From the NCBI GenBank assembly GCA_002269645.1, contig NIVC01000815.1, forward strand, positions 62,001 through 126,000: DNA of 64,000 nt, in the 5' to 3' direction. Position numbers and translations under genes: made by a program. Position 1 is the first letter of the stretch. Every line of letters begins with the position of its first letter. The notes below the pieces were generated by a model, which searched no databases, was not told where the DNA came from, and worked only from the letters and a program-made list of their open reading frames with translations. Positions 1 to 13,202 of the stretch are shown in pieces. Source of the stretch: Macrostomum lignano (lineage: Eukaryota).

Positions 1-475
1 GATAATCTCAGGTGAGCTACGGATTAGCGGATAATCTCAGGTCAGATCAGATACGGATTAGCGGATAATCTCAGGTCAGATCAGATACGGATTAGCGGAT
101 AATCTCCGGTCGGTGAGCTACGGATTAGCGGATAATCTCAGGTCAGATCAGATACGGATTAGCGGATAATCTCAGGTCAGATCAGATACGGATTAGCGGA
201 TAATCTCCGGTCGGTGAGCTACGGATTAGCGGATAATCTCAGGTCAGATCAGATACGGATTAGCGGATAATCTCAGGTCAGATCAGATACGGATTAGCGG
301 ATAATCTCCGGTCGGTGAGCTACGGATTAGCGGATAATCTCAGGTCAGATCAGATACGGATTAGCGGATAATCTCAGGTCAGATCAGATACGGATTAGCG
401 GATAATCTCAGGTCAGATCAGATACGGATTAGCGGATAATCTCCGGTCAGGTGAGCTACGGATTAGTGGATAATC
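1..475. repeat. Intronic minisatellite with 33/34-bp units in a higher-order (A+2B, about 101 bp) pattern
   Basis: Unit B is GATAATCTCAGGTCAGATCAGATACGGATTAGCG (34 bp) and unit A is GATAATCTCCGGTCGGTGAGCTACGGATTAGCG (33 bp). They are arranged roughly A-B-B repeated, inside the TBC1D23 intron that runs off the window's left edge. Confidence 0.95.
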
Positions 476-503
476 CCAAGTCAGCTCAGATATGGGTTGA
501 TAC

Positions 504-3306
504 CTGAAGCCACACAGGCAGAAACTTCCGACCAGTCAGTTTGCAGTAGTGCGTCAGCATCGACTCCAAATCCGACTGCATTGCTACGCCGCCTTCGCCG
601 CCTCCGGCGTCCCAGTCGCGTACGAAATCCCGGCAGGCAGCGCGGAGCTCAGCCTGTTCGGGCAAGTCGAACAGGCCGTCGAATTCGTCTAGAAGGCTGG
701 CAGCCCGAGCACCGCCAGACGCCGCGCCCAGACAGATGGACCACACCTGGAGGGCGGAGAAGGTGAAAGCAGTTAAATTAAAAAAAAATGCTTTTCACAA
801 AATCAGTAGATGCGACTTAGAACTCGGAGAGTACAGTTGCTATGAAGGATCAGGGGTTAGAGATACTGACACACTGAAGGATCAGGGGACAGAGCGGCTG
901 TCTCACTGAAGGATCAGGGGACAGAGCGGCTGTCTCACTGAAGAATCTGGGGACAGAGCGGCTGTCTCACTGAAGGATCAGGGGACAGAGCGGCTGTTCA
1001 CTGAAGAATCCGGGGACAGAGCGGCTGTCTCACTGAAGGATCAGGGGACAGCGGCTGTCTCACTGAAGAATCCGGGGACAGAGCGGCTGTCTCACTGAAG
1101 AATCCGGGGACAGAGCGGCTGTCTCACTGAAGGATCAGGGGACAGAGCGGCTGTCTCACTGAAGAATCCGGGGACAGCGCGGCTGTCTCACTGAAGGATC
1201 AGGGGACAGAGCGGCTGTCTCACTGAAGAATCAGGGGACAGAGCGGCTGTCTCACTGAAGGATCAGGGGACAGAGCGGCTGTCTCACTGAAGGATCAGGG
1301 GACAGCGCGGCTGTCTCACTGAAGGATCAGGGGACAGAGCGGCTGTCTCACTGAAGGATCAGGGGACAGAGCGGCTGTCTCACTGAAGGATCAGGGGACA
1401 GAGCGGCTGTCTCACTGAAGGATCAGGGGACAGCGGCTGTCTCACTGAAGGATCAGGGGACAGAGCGGCTGTCTCACTGAAGGATCAGGGGACAGAGCGG
1501 CTGTCTCACTGAAGGATCAGGGGACAGAGCGGCTGTCTCACTGAAGGATCAGGGGACAGAGCGGCTGTCTCACTGAAGGATCAGGGGACAGAGCGGCTGT
1601 CTCACTGAAGGATCAGGGGACAGAGCGGCTGTCTCACTGAAGGATCTGGGGACAGAGCGGCTGTCTCACTGAAGGATCAGGGGACAGAGCGGCTGTCTCA
1701 CTGAAGGATCAGGGGACAGAGCGGCTGTCTCACTGAAGGATCAGGGGACAGAGCGGCTGTCTCACTGAAGGATCAGGGGACAGAGCGGCTGTCTCACTGA
1801 AGGATCAGGGGACAGAGCGGCTGTCTCACTGAAGAATCCGGGGACAGCGCGGCTGTCTCACTGAAGGATCAGGGGACAGAGCGGCTGTCTCACTGAAGGA
1901 TCAGGGGACAGAGCGGCTGTCTCACTGAAGGATCAGGGGACAGAGCGGCTGTCTCACTGAAGGATCAGGGGACAGAGCGGCTGTCTCACTGAAGAATCCG
2001 GGGACAGAGCGGCTGTCTCACTGAAGGATCAGGGGACAGAGTGGCTGTCTCACTGAAGAATCCGGGGACAGCGCGGCTGTCTCACTGAAGGATCAGGGGA
2101 CAGAGCGGCTGTCTCACTGAAGAATCAGGGGACAGAGCGGCTGTCTCACTGAAGGATCAGGGGACAGAGCGGCTGTCTCACTGAAGGATCTGGGGACAGA
2201 GCGGCTGTCTCACTGAAGGATCAGGGGACAGAGCGGCTGTCTCACTGAAGGATCAGGGGACAGCGGCTGTCTCACTGAAGGATCAGGGGACAGCGCGGCT
2301 GTCTCACTGAAGGATCAGGGGACAGAGCGGCTGTCTCACTGAAGAATCCGGGGACAGAGCGGCTGTCTCACTGAAGGATCAGGGGACAGAGCGGCTGTCT
2401 CACTGAAGAATCCGGGGACAGAGCGGCTGTCTCACTGAAGGATCAGGGGACAGAGCGGCTGTCTCACTGAAGAATCCGGGGACAGAGCGGCTGTCTCACT
2501 GAAGGATCAGGGGACAGAGCGGCTGTCTCACTGAAGGATCAGGGGACAGCGGCTGTCTCACTGAAGGATCAGGGGACAGCGCGGCTGTCTTACTGAAGAA
2601 TCCGGGGACAGAGCGGCTGTCTCACTGAAGGATCAGGGGACAGAGCGGCTGTCTCACTGAAGGATCAGGGGACAGAGCGGCTGTCTCACTGAAGGATCAG
2701 GGGACAGAGCGGCTGTCTCACTGAAGGATCAGGGGACAGAGCGGCTGTCTCACTGAAGGATCAGGGGACAGAGCGGCTGTCTCACTGAAGGATCAGGGGA
2801 CAGAGCGGCTGTCTCACTGAAGGATCAGGGGACAGAGCGGCTGTCTCACTGAAGGATCAGGGGACAGAGCGGCTGTCTCACTGAAGAATCCGGGGACATC
2901 AGATCTAATCAACAAAGTCAAGGCTCAGACGCGCCTGAGCACGCAGGTGGCCAGGCACTGCGCGGCCCCTGCAGATATTTCTGACGGTGCCAAAGTCGCA
3001 CTCGTCGTCAAGCAAAGCAGTTTCCAGATCGATTCGCCAAGCTGTTTCGCTGCCACCGCCGAGACCGCCGCCGCCATCATCGGCATCGTCTTCGTCTACG
3101 GTAGCAAAGCCGCTCTCCCGGAGCCGCTCCAGTTCTTCAAACAGATCCTCATCGGCCTCGCCGTCGTCCTCGAAGCCGGACAGCTCAGTTGCCGCGGCAA
3201 TCTGCTCAGCTCCAAATGAATCATGCTCGAGACAGGCATCAGGATCTTCTTCATTAATTAATTCTGACTGAGACTGATTAGCACTAGCAGACCCTGGCTC
3301 TGTCAT
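504..3306 (-). CDS. TBC1D23: TBC1 domain family member 23, 5' part (exons 3306-2935 and 746-504; gene continues left of the window)
   Basis: The spliced translation ...WRIDLETALLDDECDFGTVRNICRGRAVPGHLRAQ|VWSICLG...FDGLFDLPEQAELRAACRDFV...DLESMLTHYCK matches my recollection of the TBC1D23 N-terminus ([41 protein letters not shown]...WDGILDLPEQ...DIESVITFYCK). Acceptor AG is at 748-747 and donor GT at 503-502; the first intron needs a GC donor at 2934-2933. The start codon (3306 or 3345) is uncertain. Confidence 0.88.
843..2898. repeat. 32-bp intronic minisatellite (about 63 copies)
   Basis: Unit CACTGAAGGATCAGGGGACAGAGCGGCTGTCT, with GAATCC variants and 30-bp variants. It fills almost the whole TBC1D23 intron 747-2934. 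Confidence 0.97.
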
Positions 3307-3615
3307 GGCTGCAGCTATGATCAGGTAGGCTGATATGTACTTCAATTGCTTTGCATGAAATCAAAAGGTATTTATAAAGAACATTTAAAGACCAAACTTT
3401 GTTACATCATATTTTTATGCCATTTTAACAAAAAATAAACCTAGATAACAACTGAGATAATAATCTATGCAGTCTATGCAGACCAATAGCTCATTTATCT
3501 TTAGTTATTAAGTTAGCATTCTTCATGTTTGCGCCCACTTTCAATCAATCTTTGCATTCTTCTTCTAAACCTAAAAAACCTAAAATTGACTAACCCCTTG
3601 TTACATTGAATGGAT

Positions 3616-3799
3616 GGGTCTATGAGAATTTCCCTGTGGAAAAACATCTTATGGGAAAACCTTGTTGCAAGAAGATCTTAGTGAGAAATCTCAGCAGGGA
3701 AATCTTGGTGCAAAAGGCTTGGTGGTTAAACCTATGAGAAAACCTTGCTGTGGGAAAAGCTCATGTGGGCAAACCTCAGTAGGAAATTCTCACACTCCC
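3616..3799. mobile_element. MITE of a GGG-terminated family with 8-bp TSD (decayed copy)
   Basis: Termini are GGGTCTATGAGAATTTCC ... GGAAATTCTCACACTCCC. Flanks are GAATGGAT (3608-3615) and AAATGGAT (3800-3807). The ends match those of the element at 56228-56790. Confidence 0.75.
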
Positions 3800-4398
3800 A
3801 AATGGATACTAGTTTATTCTATTTTCAAGCCTTCCTATAGCATTTCCAAATATAGACATAGCTACATGTATAAGGTTATATAAAGGTAACCAAGGAGAAT
3901 TTTTGAAAAGTACCAAGACTGAAATAATTTAAAACATATAAACATATGCATTTTGTTTCTGTATCCTTGCACCAAATACTATAGAAACTATATCTTTATA
4001 GTAGTATAACTCTACCATTGTCTAGTTTTAAGCCACAAAAAGAAAAATTAAAGGAAAGTGTTGTGGTTATGAAATAATTAAGTGTTACTACTTCTTAATT
4101 TTAGTTCAATGATTATATATTGCTTATAAAAATAAAAAAATTTATCTATACAATTTCCTTGACCATAAAAGTTCAAAGATGATAAAATAATAGGCCTAGT
4201 CTATTTAGCTTATTTTTGATTGATAAATTAATCAACCAAAGTATCAAAAATGACTAAATAAAATGGTTATTATTAACAACTTTAATAAGTAAGGACTCTA
4301 TTTTCATGACAATTAGATTTTGAAATAATATTTAAATATTTTTCTTATTAGCAATTAGGTATTTTTAGGAAATACAAAATTCCAACTTTTGCCAATTC

Positions 4399-4650
4399 CA
4401 TACATGCACAACCTTGGGAATCACTGGGCCATTTCTATTGGCAACACATAAGAATTTCTAAGATGTCAAGGATTAGTAAGGGAATTACTAGATTTCAAGG
4501 CTTACTGGGGGATTGCTGATATGTCAAGGCTTGAGTTTAATTGCTACAATGTCAATGCTTACTGAGGGAATTTCTAAGATGTCAAGGCCTACTAGGGGAA
4601 TTGCTGAGATATCAAGGCTCATGGGGGATGGCTGAATTTTTAGGGGGATA
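4399..4650. mobile_element. Left end of a hAT-type MITE followed by a decayed tandem repeat of about 38 bp
   Basis: CATACATGCACAAC (4399-4412) is the TIR of the 8362 MITE with one CpG-type change. It is followed by CTTGGGAATCACTGGGCCATTTCTATTGGCAACA, shared with 62107-62276. No right TIR was found. Confidence 0.5.
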
Positions 4651-5068
4651 GTGTTAGGTTGTTAAGCAATTGTTAGATTGTCAAGTAGTATGGCTTAAAT
4701 AGCTCATTTAATTCAGATAATGAATGATGCAAACACATAAGTGATGCTGATTTCTGCTAATAGGAAATGTCAGTTTATTTATTAAAGGTTTAGTTTGTGC
4801 TGGAAAGAATAAGCACTATTTGCTGATTGAAAAAGAATTTCGGGCTGATGAAAGAAACTGTTTTGGCTAGTAAGAGTTTTGATTCATGGCAATTTATTTT
4901 TGCCAAAATAAGAAAAAATAATTTTTGATTAATTGAAATCAACATTTTGTATAATTAGTAAGGTTAATACTCTCGGGCCAAAATAAAAACTAATTGGCGT
5001 CATTTTTAAAGCCCCCCCCCCAGCGGGTGGCTAATTGGCTAGTTCCATGTACTAAAATGGTTTGTCAG

Positions 5069-5157
<89 letters not shown>
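5069..5157. repeat. (TATC)n microsatellite
   Basis: Perfect TATC run of about 22 units. Confidence 0.98.
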
Positions 5158-5158
<1 letters not shown>

Positions 5159-5721
5159 GGTAGGTATGCAATCAATTTTTAGCAAAAATGGCTGAACTGA
5201 CTTTCTTTGAACTTGCACTGTTTGATCAGAAATTTTTCCGTGACAGTATATACAATGTGGCTAAGAAATTGCTTGATGCTAAAGGCATTAAATATTCAAA
5301 AAACATACTTTTTTGCAAAGGTCAAGCAGCTCTTTCAACATGAAATGCATTGTAAGAATGCTAGAGAAAAAAACTGACTGGTTGAATTCTCATTCTGAAA
5401 TAGATTGCATCATACAAGGCTTTTTATTTATTGTCTGAGTACTGGCTAAATTATAAAAGTGAATTGAATTGCATCACAGCATTGAGTGTGGAAGCAAAGC
5501 ATAGTACTTGATTTATATTACATAACCATTTTGTTAACTTTAATAGACACTGGTACTGACTTGCCTAAGAAATTGATTATTTCATAACTGCTTCATGTGA
5601 CTTTTACTCTACCTGACTTGGTGTGAGTGTTGAATTATATAGGTGCTACAAATTCACTTATAACTTCAATGAGAGCTAGCTTAGAGCTGAATAGACTGGA
5701 CTGCTAATGCAGCAACCTAGG

Positions 5722-6240
5722 TTTGAACCAAGGATTTCTACACTTGATAAACCAAGGATTACTGCACTTGATAAAGCAGGGATTACTGTGCTTGATAAAC
5801 CAAGGATTACTGCAGTTTATATACCAAAGATTATTGCACTTGATAGACCAAGGATTATTGTGCTTGATAAACCAGGGATTATTGCACTTGATAGACCAAG
5901 GATTATTGCACTTGATAGACCAAGGATTATTGTGCTTGATAAATCAAGGATTTCTGCACTTGATAAACCAGGGATTACTGTGCTTGATAAATCAAGGATT
6001 TGTATACTTGATAAACAAAGGATTAATGCACTTGATAAACTAAGGATTACTGCACTTGATAAACCAAGGATTACTGCACTTGATAAACCAAGGATTACTG
6101 CACTTGATAAACCAAGGATTACTGCACTTGATAAACCAAGGATTACTGCACTTGATAGACCAAGGATTACTGAACTTGATAAACCAAGGATTACTGCACT
6201 TGATAAACCAAGGATTACTGCACTTGATAAACCAAGGAAT
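5722..6240. repeat. 24-bp minisatellite
   Basis: Unit TTGATAAACCAAGGATTACTGCAC, about 21 copies. It produces the (LDKPRITA)n and (HLINQGLL)n ORFs in the track. Confidence 0.95.
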
Positions 6241-6799
6241 CTTTCTATCTAGGGATGCTTCCTATTTAGGGATGATTGCTATCTGCAGAATGCTTGCCAT
6301 CTAGGTGGATGCTTGCTATCTGGGTGGATGCTATCTGGGTGGATGCTTGCTATCTAAGTGGATGTTTGCTATTTGGGTGGATGCTTGCTATCAGGGTGGA
6401 TGCTTGTTACAAATATTAGGGGATGCTTGCTATCTATGGTTGCTTAATTTTGGAGGGGATGCTTGCTATCTGAAGGGATGCTTGCTGTCTTGGGAATATT
6501 TTCTATTTAGGGGGATTTTATTAGAGGCAATGGGGTTTTGTGCACCCTGGCACACTTTAAGTGATATAGGCACACAACCGGCGAGAGGCATTACTGCCCA
6601 TTCTGCCGACTCCCCTGAGCAGGCACACAAGCGCGCGGATATGTACGTACATAGGTACACACTCACAAGGGAGTGTACAGCAGCCCTAACTTTATATTAT
6701 CATTAGGCATGTACACTTCACTGCGCCTTGGGGGGTTGGCTCTCAAGGCCATTAATTGCACGAGTAGAGCCAAGCCAAGATTCTAATTCAGCCCCAAAT

Positions 6800-6877
6800 T
6801 AATGTGACTGCACTTGGAATCAAGCCTAGGTTGCTAGCACACCAGAGCAGCTATGCTACTGCTGGGCTACGGCCCCC
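6800..6877 (-). mobile_element. Possible decayed tRNA-derived SINE head
   Basis: The minus strand reads GGGGCCGTAGCCCAGCAG (A-box-like) ... GGCTTGATTCC (B-box-like, 6826-6816) with tRNA-like spacing. No cloverleaf or anticodon is recoverable. Confidence 0.3.
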
Positions 6878-8361
6878 CTCTATTTAGGGGGAATGTCTAT
6901 TATCTTTGTGAAAGCTATATTTTGTTGTCTGTTTGTTAATTTTAGAAAAAAAAGAGATTTATAGCAAGTATCATTGTTTGTGACAATTTTATATGAATAA
7001 GGAGATTTTTTAAATTAAAGAAAGAATTGGTGTTTAAGCAAATGTTTTTTTCTATGAACTATTTTTTGCTCCTTGCTTATTGGATGGCAGGTGCCCCAAA
7101 GGAGGCTGTACTAGATTGCTAGAATTTGACTTTAAAAAGTTGTAAATTGACTATTTTTGGGTGCAAATTATACAAAATGTACCAAAATATTAGATTGTAT
7201 GAATTTGGACTTAAATAATATAACATTATATTACTTTTTAGTTTAAGCATTAATTAGTGTAGAGAGCAGTACATGTATGTACACTGTAGGTTTATCCCAT
7301 CAATAATTCTGTCACTTATTCTATCCAAAAATTTAAGCATTGTTTGGTACAGAGAGCAGTATATGAAGGTTCATCCTGTTAGTAATTCTTTCAGTAATTC
7401 TATCTCTTATTTAATTATTTTTATATTTTATTTTATATGTTTTTGTATATCCTAGAAAGTCTTATAGATTGATGCACTTATAGATTGATATTTTAACTAC
7501 TTGTATATTTTTAAAAAACTATTTCAGCCTCTACAAAATGTCTACAAACCAAAAGCCATGAAAACTGCAAATTGATTCTAGATGCCCCCCTCACTTTTGT
7601 CTTACAATCAGTAACCTAATGATCCCCACACAGTTTAATGGATGTTTAATATTGTGAGGTGATCATAAGACAAAAGTAAGTTCATATTTGTCTTGCAAAC
7701 ACATATATCATTTCATGATTTCACCATTTAAATGATCGTATGATGAAAGTGAATATAAACTACACGCTTCCATGGCACAACTAGCCTATGCTACACCTAT
7801 GTTTCAATGACTTGCAGTGACAATTTAAATTGACTTGGAAATGAGTTTAATGGAAAATGAATTTGAAATGTAATTTTTTAATATAGGCCTAGGCCTACTG
7901 GAGTGTCCTGTTTACTCTTTTCTAAAGGGGATTGTAGTAGGGCCTACAAAACTGGACCTGCTCAGGGACAGGATTGTAAAATGAAAGAATGCCAGAAAGA
8001 TGACATAGTTTGTTATCATAGACCTCATCATCACAATGAAAGCAGGATATATTAATACAGCAGTTTTTCTCATTAAAAAAATTAAGAGCATGCAGCAGAG
8101 CATGCTAAAAATCCAAAAATGAACTGGCACCTCAGCTCAAGGCTCAATTATAGTTACTTACTGCAACTGTATAGGGATAGGTAGGCCTATCCCCTATTCT
8201 GATTCAATAATGAACCAATTATGAGTCTGAATGACTCAAGCAGAATTGGAAGTCAATAACTGTCCAACCCCCACTTTTTAACGCTCCTATGCCTAAGGCG
8301 TAAGGGTTACTTACTGGCTAGGCCAATTAGTGTTGAAATATTTTTTATATATAGCACTAAG

Positions 8362-8636
8362 CATACATGCGCAACCTCTAAAATTCGGTCGGCCGTGCGA
8401 CTTAGTTTTAACAAAAGTGCGACGTAGTTTTTGGCCAAAAATGCGACTTACATGTAAAAAAAATCCTAAAGCAAAATTAACGCAACTTTGGGTAAACGGC
8501 AGGAGTAACCATAACTGTCTTATAAAGCCAAAAATGCCTCGTCAGCTACTTAGTACTCCTACTTGGGTTTTTTTGCGACTTCCTTGGTTGGCCGCCAAAT
8601 CGGTCGGCCGACTCGGCCGACTGTTGCGCATGTATG
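8362..8636. mobile_element. hAT-superfamily MITE (275 bp)
   Basis: Perfect 14-bp TIR CATACATGCGCAAC/GTTGCGCATGTATG and perfect 8-bp TSD GCACTAAG (8354-8361, 8637-8644). An 8-bp TSD with CA...TG ends is characteristic of hAT. Confidence 0.9.
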
Positions 8637-11600
8637 GCACTAAGTAGGTTCGCAGCAGCACCAGTAGTAAGTAGCACGTATTGCAGACATACTAAAAATA
8701 TAAGAAATGGCTGCTCTTTCAAAAAAATAAATAGGATATATCATCGTCCAAACAGTGAAAATTTAATCTAAACAACCTTTATTTTGATTTTTGCTTTCCT
8801 TTTAAAATTATTCAAAATTTTAGGAGTTTGAAGCGTGGTTTTGTTAAAGCTAGTAAAATTCATTATTTTCAATGAAAAGTTGGAAGATTAATTTGAACGT
8901 AATAAAATTTAGCACGTGAGGGTCGTTCTCAAAGCTAGGTCACAACTTTTTGTTATTGCAAAAAAAGTTTATACATCGACCAATAATCGTACAAAAAAAA
9001 TTATTTCGACAATTTCTGTAAGAAGCTGCTACTAAAACCACAAGAAAACTTGAAATTGAGAAGAAATCAAGGCTATTTGTTATTCTTTGTTGCGGAAAAT
9101 AAACGACAAAAATATTAAAGAGAAAATAAAATTTTCTTCTATTTTTATTTTAAATATGCAGTTAAATTTCTTTTGCAAAAATAAAAGAACAAGAAATTGA
9201 CAAAGGAAATGTTTTTGAGCACAGCATTTTGTTACTCTGCTCTAAATCCCAGACATTTAAAATTATCGTGTGCGAAAAAGTGCGAAATTATTATAGCATG
9301 CACTCGAAAGGACTTCGATCAGTTTAACTAATCACTGAATTAAGAAGTCTAAATAAGTCTTGAAAAGTTGAATTAAAAATCAAGTTTTCACTATGTATCT
9401 TTTCAAAGTCAAGATGATTCGACAAATAAAGAATGTTCATTTTTACGGTGAATAGAATTGTTCATTTTTACATTAAATATAATAAAATCTAACTAATAAT
9501 AGAAAAAGTCAGGGAACTATCCTTGAACACCAAAAAGCACATTGTGGATTTAATATCAACTGCATGTTCCTTAATAAAGGAATTCGGATTCTAGTATATA
9601 TTTGATTATTTGTAGCATAATTTCTGAAAACTATAACTTGCTTGATTTTACTTTAAGTACTTATTACATTAATACTTATACCAAAGCTGCATGTACTTAA
9701 AATAAAAAATTATAGTTACTTATTAGACATTTTACTCCAATTAACTTAAAATAATTCAAATTTATTTTAATCAATTCATTTTTTGAAACTTTTTGGAAAA
9801 TAGACAAAATTGAATTATTTAATTACCAAAAACCTACTAGCTTAACTAAAATAGCAGTTAGTCTTTAAAAAAAGATTTCACTTGTTAATTGAGAAAAATG
9901 AGGGTGTGCGAGGTGTAAAAATGCGAAAGAGCATGCAGGAAACAGAGACAAACAAAAATGTAGGTAAAAGACACTGCACATGCACATAATATGATAACCA
10001 GACATAATGCGCACACTGAAACACCAGTAGCAATGACGCCCAAGCTTTTGATGATCACAAGCGAAAAGGCAAAACCCAGCCATCAATCAAAGAAGTAGAC
10101 TATAGCACGCATCTTGAGTGCATCACGCATTTTTTGCAGAGAAGCTCGAAAATTAACATTGTATTCTGTGCACAACCACCAACTGCGACAGGGTCTGCCG
10201 GGGGATTTGTGGGCACGCGGTCGCGGATACAAATCGGAGGAGTCGCTGACCATTCTGAAATTACTAGCTAGTACATGTAATTTTGTGTATTAATATATTT
10301 AGCCCGCTTTATTTCTATGCTCTCGTCCGCCTCTCGTTAATGCATCCCCAGACTCATGGAATAATCAAACTTATGATCGAACTATGCATGGCTTCCGTCC
10401 CTCGCTTTGAATCTCTCACCTCCCCATAGTTCCATCAACCTTACCGTAGTGGCTTCCTATGCAAAAATCATCCCTCCGCATCTTACACAGGCTACTTCAG
10501 GCTGTAGACTGTACTACACTATTAATTAGTTGCGCTAAGGAATCTACATGTATTTTGCTCGCAGCGCAACGCGCTGCTCAAAGAAGTTTAGATCTATCTA
10601 GATATTCTAGTAATTTCAGGTTTGTCCATAGACTAAGAGCTCATGAGATGAGAATTCCATTAACTAGTACATTTAATATGAATGAACTGCGTGTGTGTGT
10701 GCTGTGCATACATATGTATAATATACGAGTAGTTTATGGGCCAAATTATTGTGTGGCACAATTCTTGGCATCACTCAGCAGGCACAAGATGCAGTTAAGC
10801 AGCGCACGAAAATTCTACAAAAGAAATTGAGCCTGGTTGAGGTGATGCGAGGAGGCAGATCCACACAATCTCAGTGAATACACCAGACTGCACCAGATAC
10901 GAGTCCAGTCGAATGTGCGCACTGGTCTAAGCAGCACACGCATGTCCTTCTGACAATGACGGCACCTAGCTTCGTCCAAGCCTTTGCCAGCGTCACTGAC
11001 AGCGTCAATACTACCATGCAGTGCCACCTGCAGCACCGACAACGGCAATTCCTCCAGTTAGCCCACAACAGTGGCTAAACTGAGGGACATGGAACCTACC
11101 CGCAGAAGACACACACATACACACACAGCACCGGCAGCAGCACTCTGACAGCATAACCTAAAGCTCCATGAGCTCAGTTTTCAAGCATTGAAGAAGCAGA
11201 AGCAGTCATCTTGAATCCAGGGATCAGGAAGAGTGTTGCATGTCCGACATGTGCTGTTTCCGTGGCAAAAGGTGATGGAGCAAATTAATCAACACTTACT
11301 ATCTAGCTCGTATTAAGACTAAAAAACTGAGGCAAGCTGGGATTAAACCAAAGAAAATTTTTTACTATACTTTTTTACCATGTACTTTTACTATACTTCT
11401 ATAGTATAGTAGAGAGGTACTCTATTTAAATGCAGTAAGAAGTGAAACAAATTTATATATTTAATTATTAAAATTAAATTAATTCAAGGTAAATAACTAA
11501 TTTAACCAATTTATTAGAAGTATTTAATATTTTAATAAATTGATTTTTATACCTTACACGAAATAAGCTCTACATTCATTTCTTAGCTTGGGGCCCATCT

Positions 11601-13202
11601 GTATAAGGTCAGTTTCTTCAAAATGCTGATTAATTAATTAAGGCCTGTTGTCTTTACTTAAATTTATAAGGGCATCTTAGAAGTTAATATTACTATATAA
11701 TACATGTATAATATTATTACTATATTATAATAATATAGTTGCAATTTTAAAGACTATTGAATAAGTCTAAATGCTTCCCCTATTGACTCTAAATATATGG
11801 TATCTTTACCTTCAGAAAAAATTAGCATAGAATGACTTGATGAAAACAAAAAAAATCATTTCGAGATACACATTTGCTGATCATTCAGGTCAAATTTCAA
11901 GGTCCAGTTTTGCACATGTTTCTCTGTAGCTTGGTTACAAGGATTTTAATAAAAATATAATAAATATGTCCAATGTACTAACTGATACATAGCCAAATTG
12001 AAGTATTTTCAAAAACAAAAAAAATCATTTGCTCAGTTTACTTTACTGGATATCTGTGTAAAATTTCAGCTCAAAAGGTGCTCCATGGAGAATGCTAGTG
12101 TGGTTACAGGATATTTATTTTGTGCTTCAAAGTTGGAGTTTATTGCGATGCATGGTTGCTTTTAATTATTTTTATCAACAATAGTGCTCTATTTCATAAC
12201 AATTTTTTACAAAAAGATAAAAAGACATGTTTTCTAATTATCTGCATCAAAATGTATCATTTTAAGCGCACATTCTAGACGTCAGCTGAAAAAATACATT
12301 TTGTGAGACGCAAAGAGGCTATCCCACCGGAAATGCTAGGCGTACAGTTAAGCGTCTATAAAATCATTTATAGTGCAGTTTATTGAGCTTTAAAAAAATC
12401 TTAAATTAAATTTATATAAGCTTTAATTTTAAATGTAATATAGCAAGGTTTCAACACAACAACAACTTTTTTTTAGCTACAGACATCTTGTAGTACCAAA
12501 AATTAACATCGGTGAAATGATTGAATTTGAATTTTTTCATCGCTAATTATCGCTTAATACCGCCAGATGATTAAAAAACACTTTTGCATGATAAAGTTTA
12601 ACCCAAAAATTATCTTTATTCACAGATAAAAGTGTCCTATTATTTTCAATATGGCAGTAACAATAGTAAATGTTCGGAAAATTGTTAAAATTTTTGCTCC
12701 TCCTAGAATTTGCGAACGACCCGTGAGTTCGCGTCGCAAAGTTGACACAAACGATGTCCGATGAGCTGGATCACTACATTGCAGCGATTTTATAGTTTTT
12801 AAGTAGCCACTGGCCGACTAGTTCCTATGTACTAGACTAGAATTCTCTGGCTTATGTTGGTCATTTTTAGTATAGGCCTATACGCTATAGCAAAAATTAT
12901 ACAAAACAAAATGCTTTCTGGCTTTTTACTTTGTCTGTCAGTTAAGTAGAGAATGGGGACACGCGGTTCCTGAAAACTTCGTCATATAACCACTTCCTCA
13001 TCTACTCATATTTTCGGACACCTCGTCATCTAAAACAATACTAACTAATGTGGGCACTTTGTCATCTACTTCTTGGTCTAGGCCTAGCCCTAGGCCTAGC
13101 CATATATGCAGGGCCACACTGTGCCTGAATGCATGCAAAGACAATAGTTCTTTCTACAAATTATCCTCTGAAAGAAATACTAGTATCCAATCAATCCGGC
13201 AA

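Noticed and set aside
1-2898. Regular 32-34-bp arrays as CRISPR
   Set aside because: The units are directly tandem with no unique spacers, there are no cas genes, and the context is a eukaryotic intron.
3307-3345. MKYISAYLII resembling the acidic ribosomal protein P2 N-terminus
   Set aside because: The downstream sequence is TBC1D23. The segment looks like acceptor/5' UTR sequence upstream of the Met at 3306.
4845-4858. CTGATGA...GAAAC hammerhead-like core
   Set aside because: There is no room for stem II between the motifs and no stem I/III pairing.
5707-6304. ORFs encoding (LDKPRITA)n / (HLINQGLL)n, superficially like a solenoid or LRR protein
   Set aside because: These are by-products of a 24-bp minisatellite that is open in two frames, with no non-repeat coding flanks or splice support.
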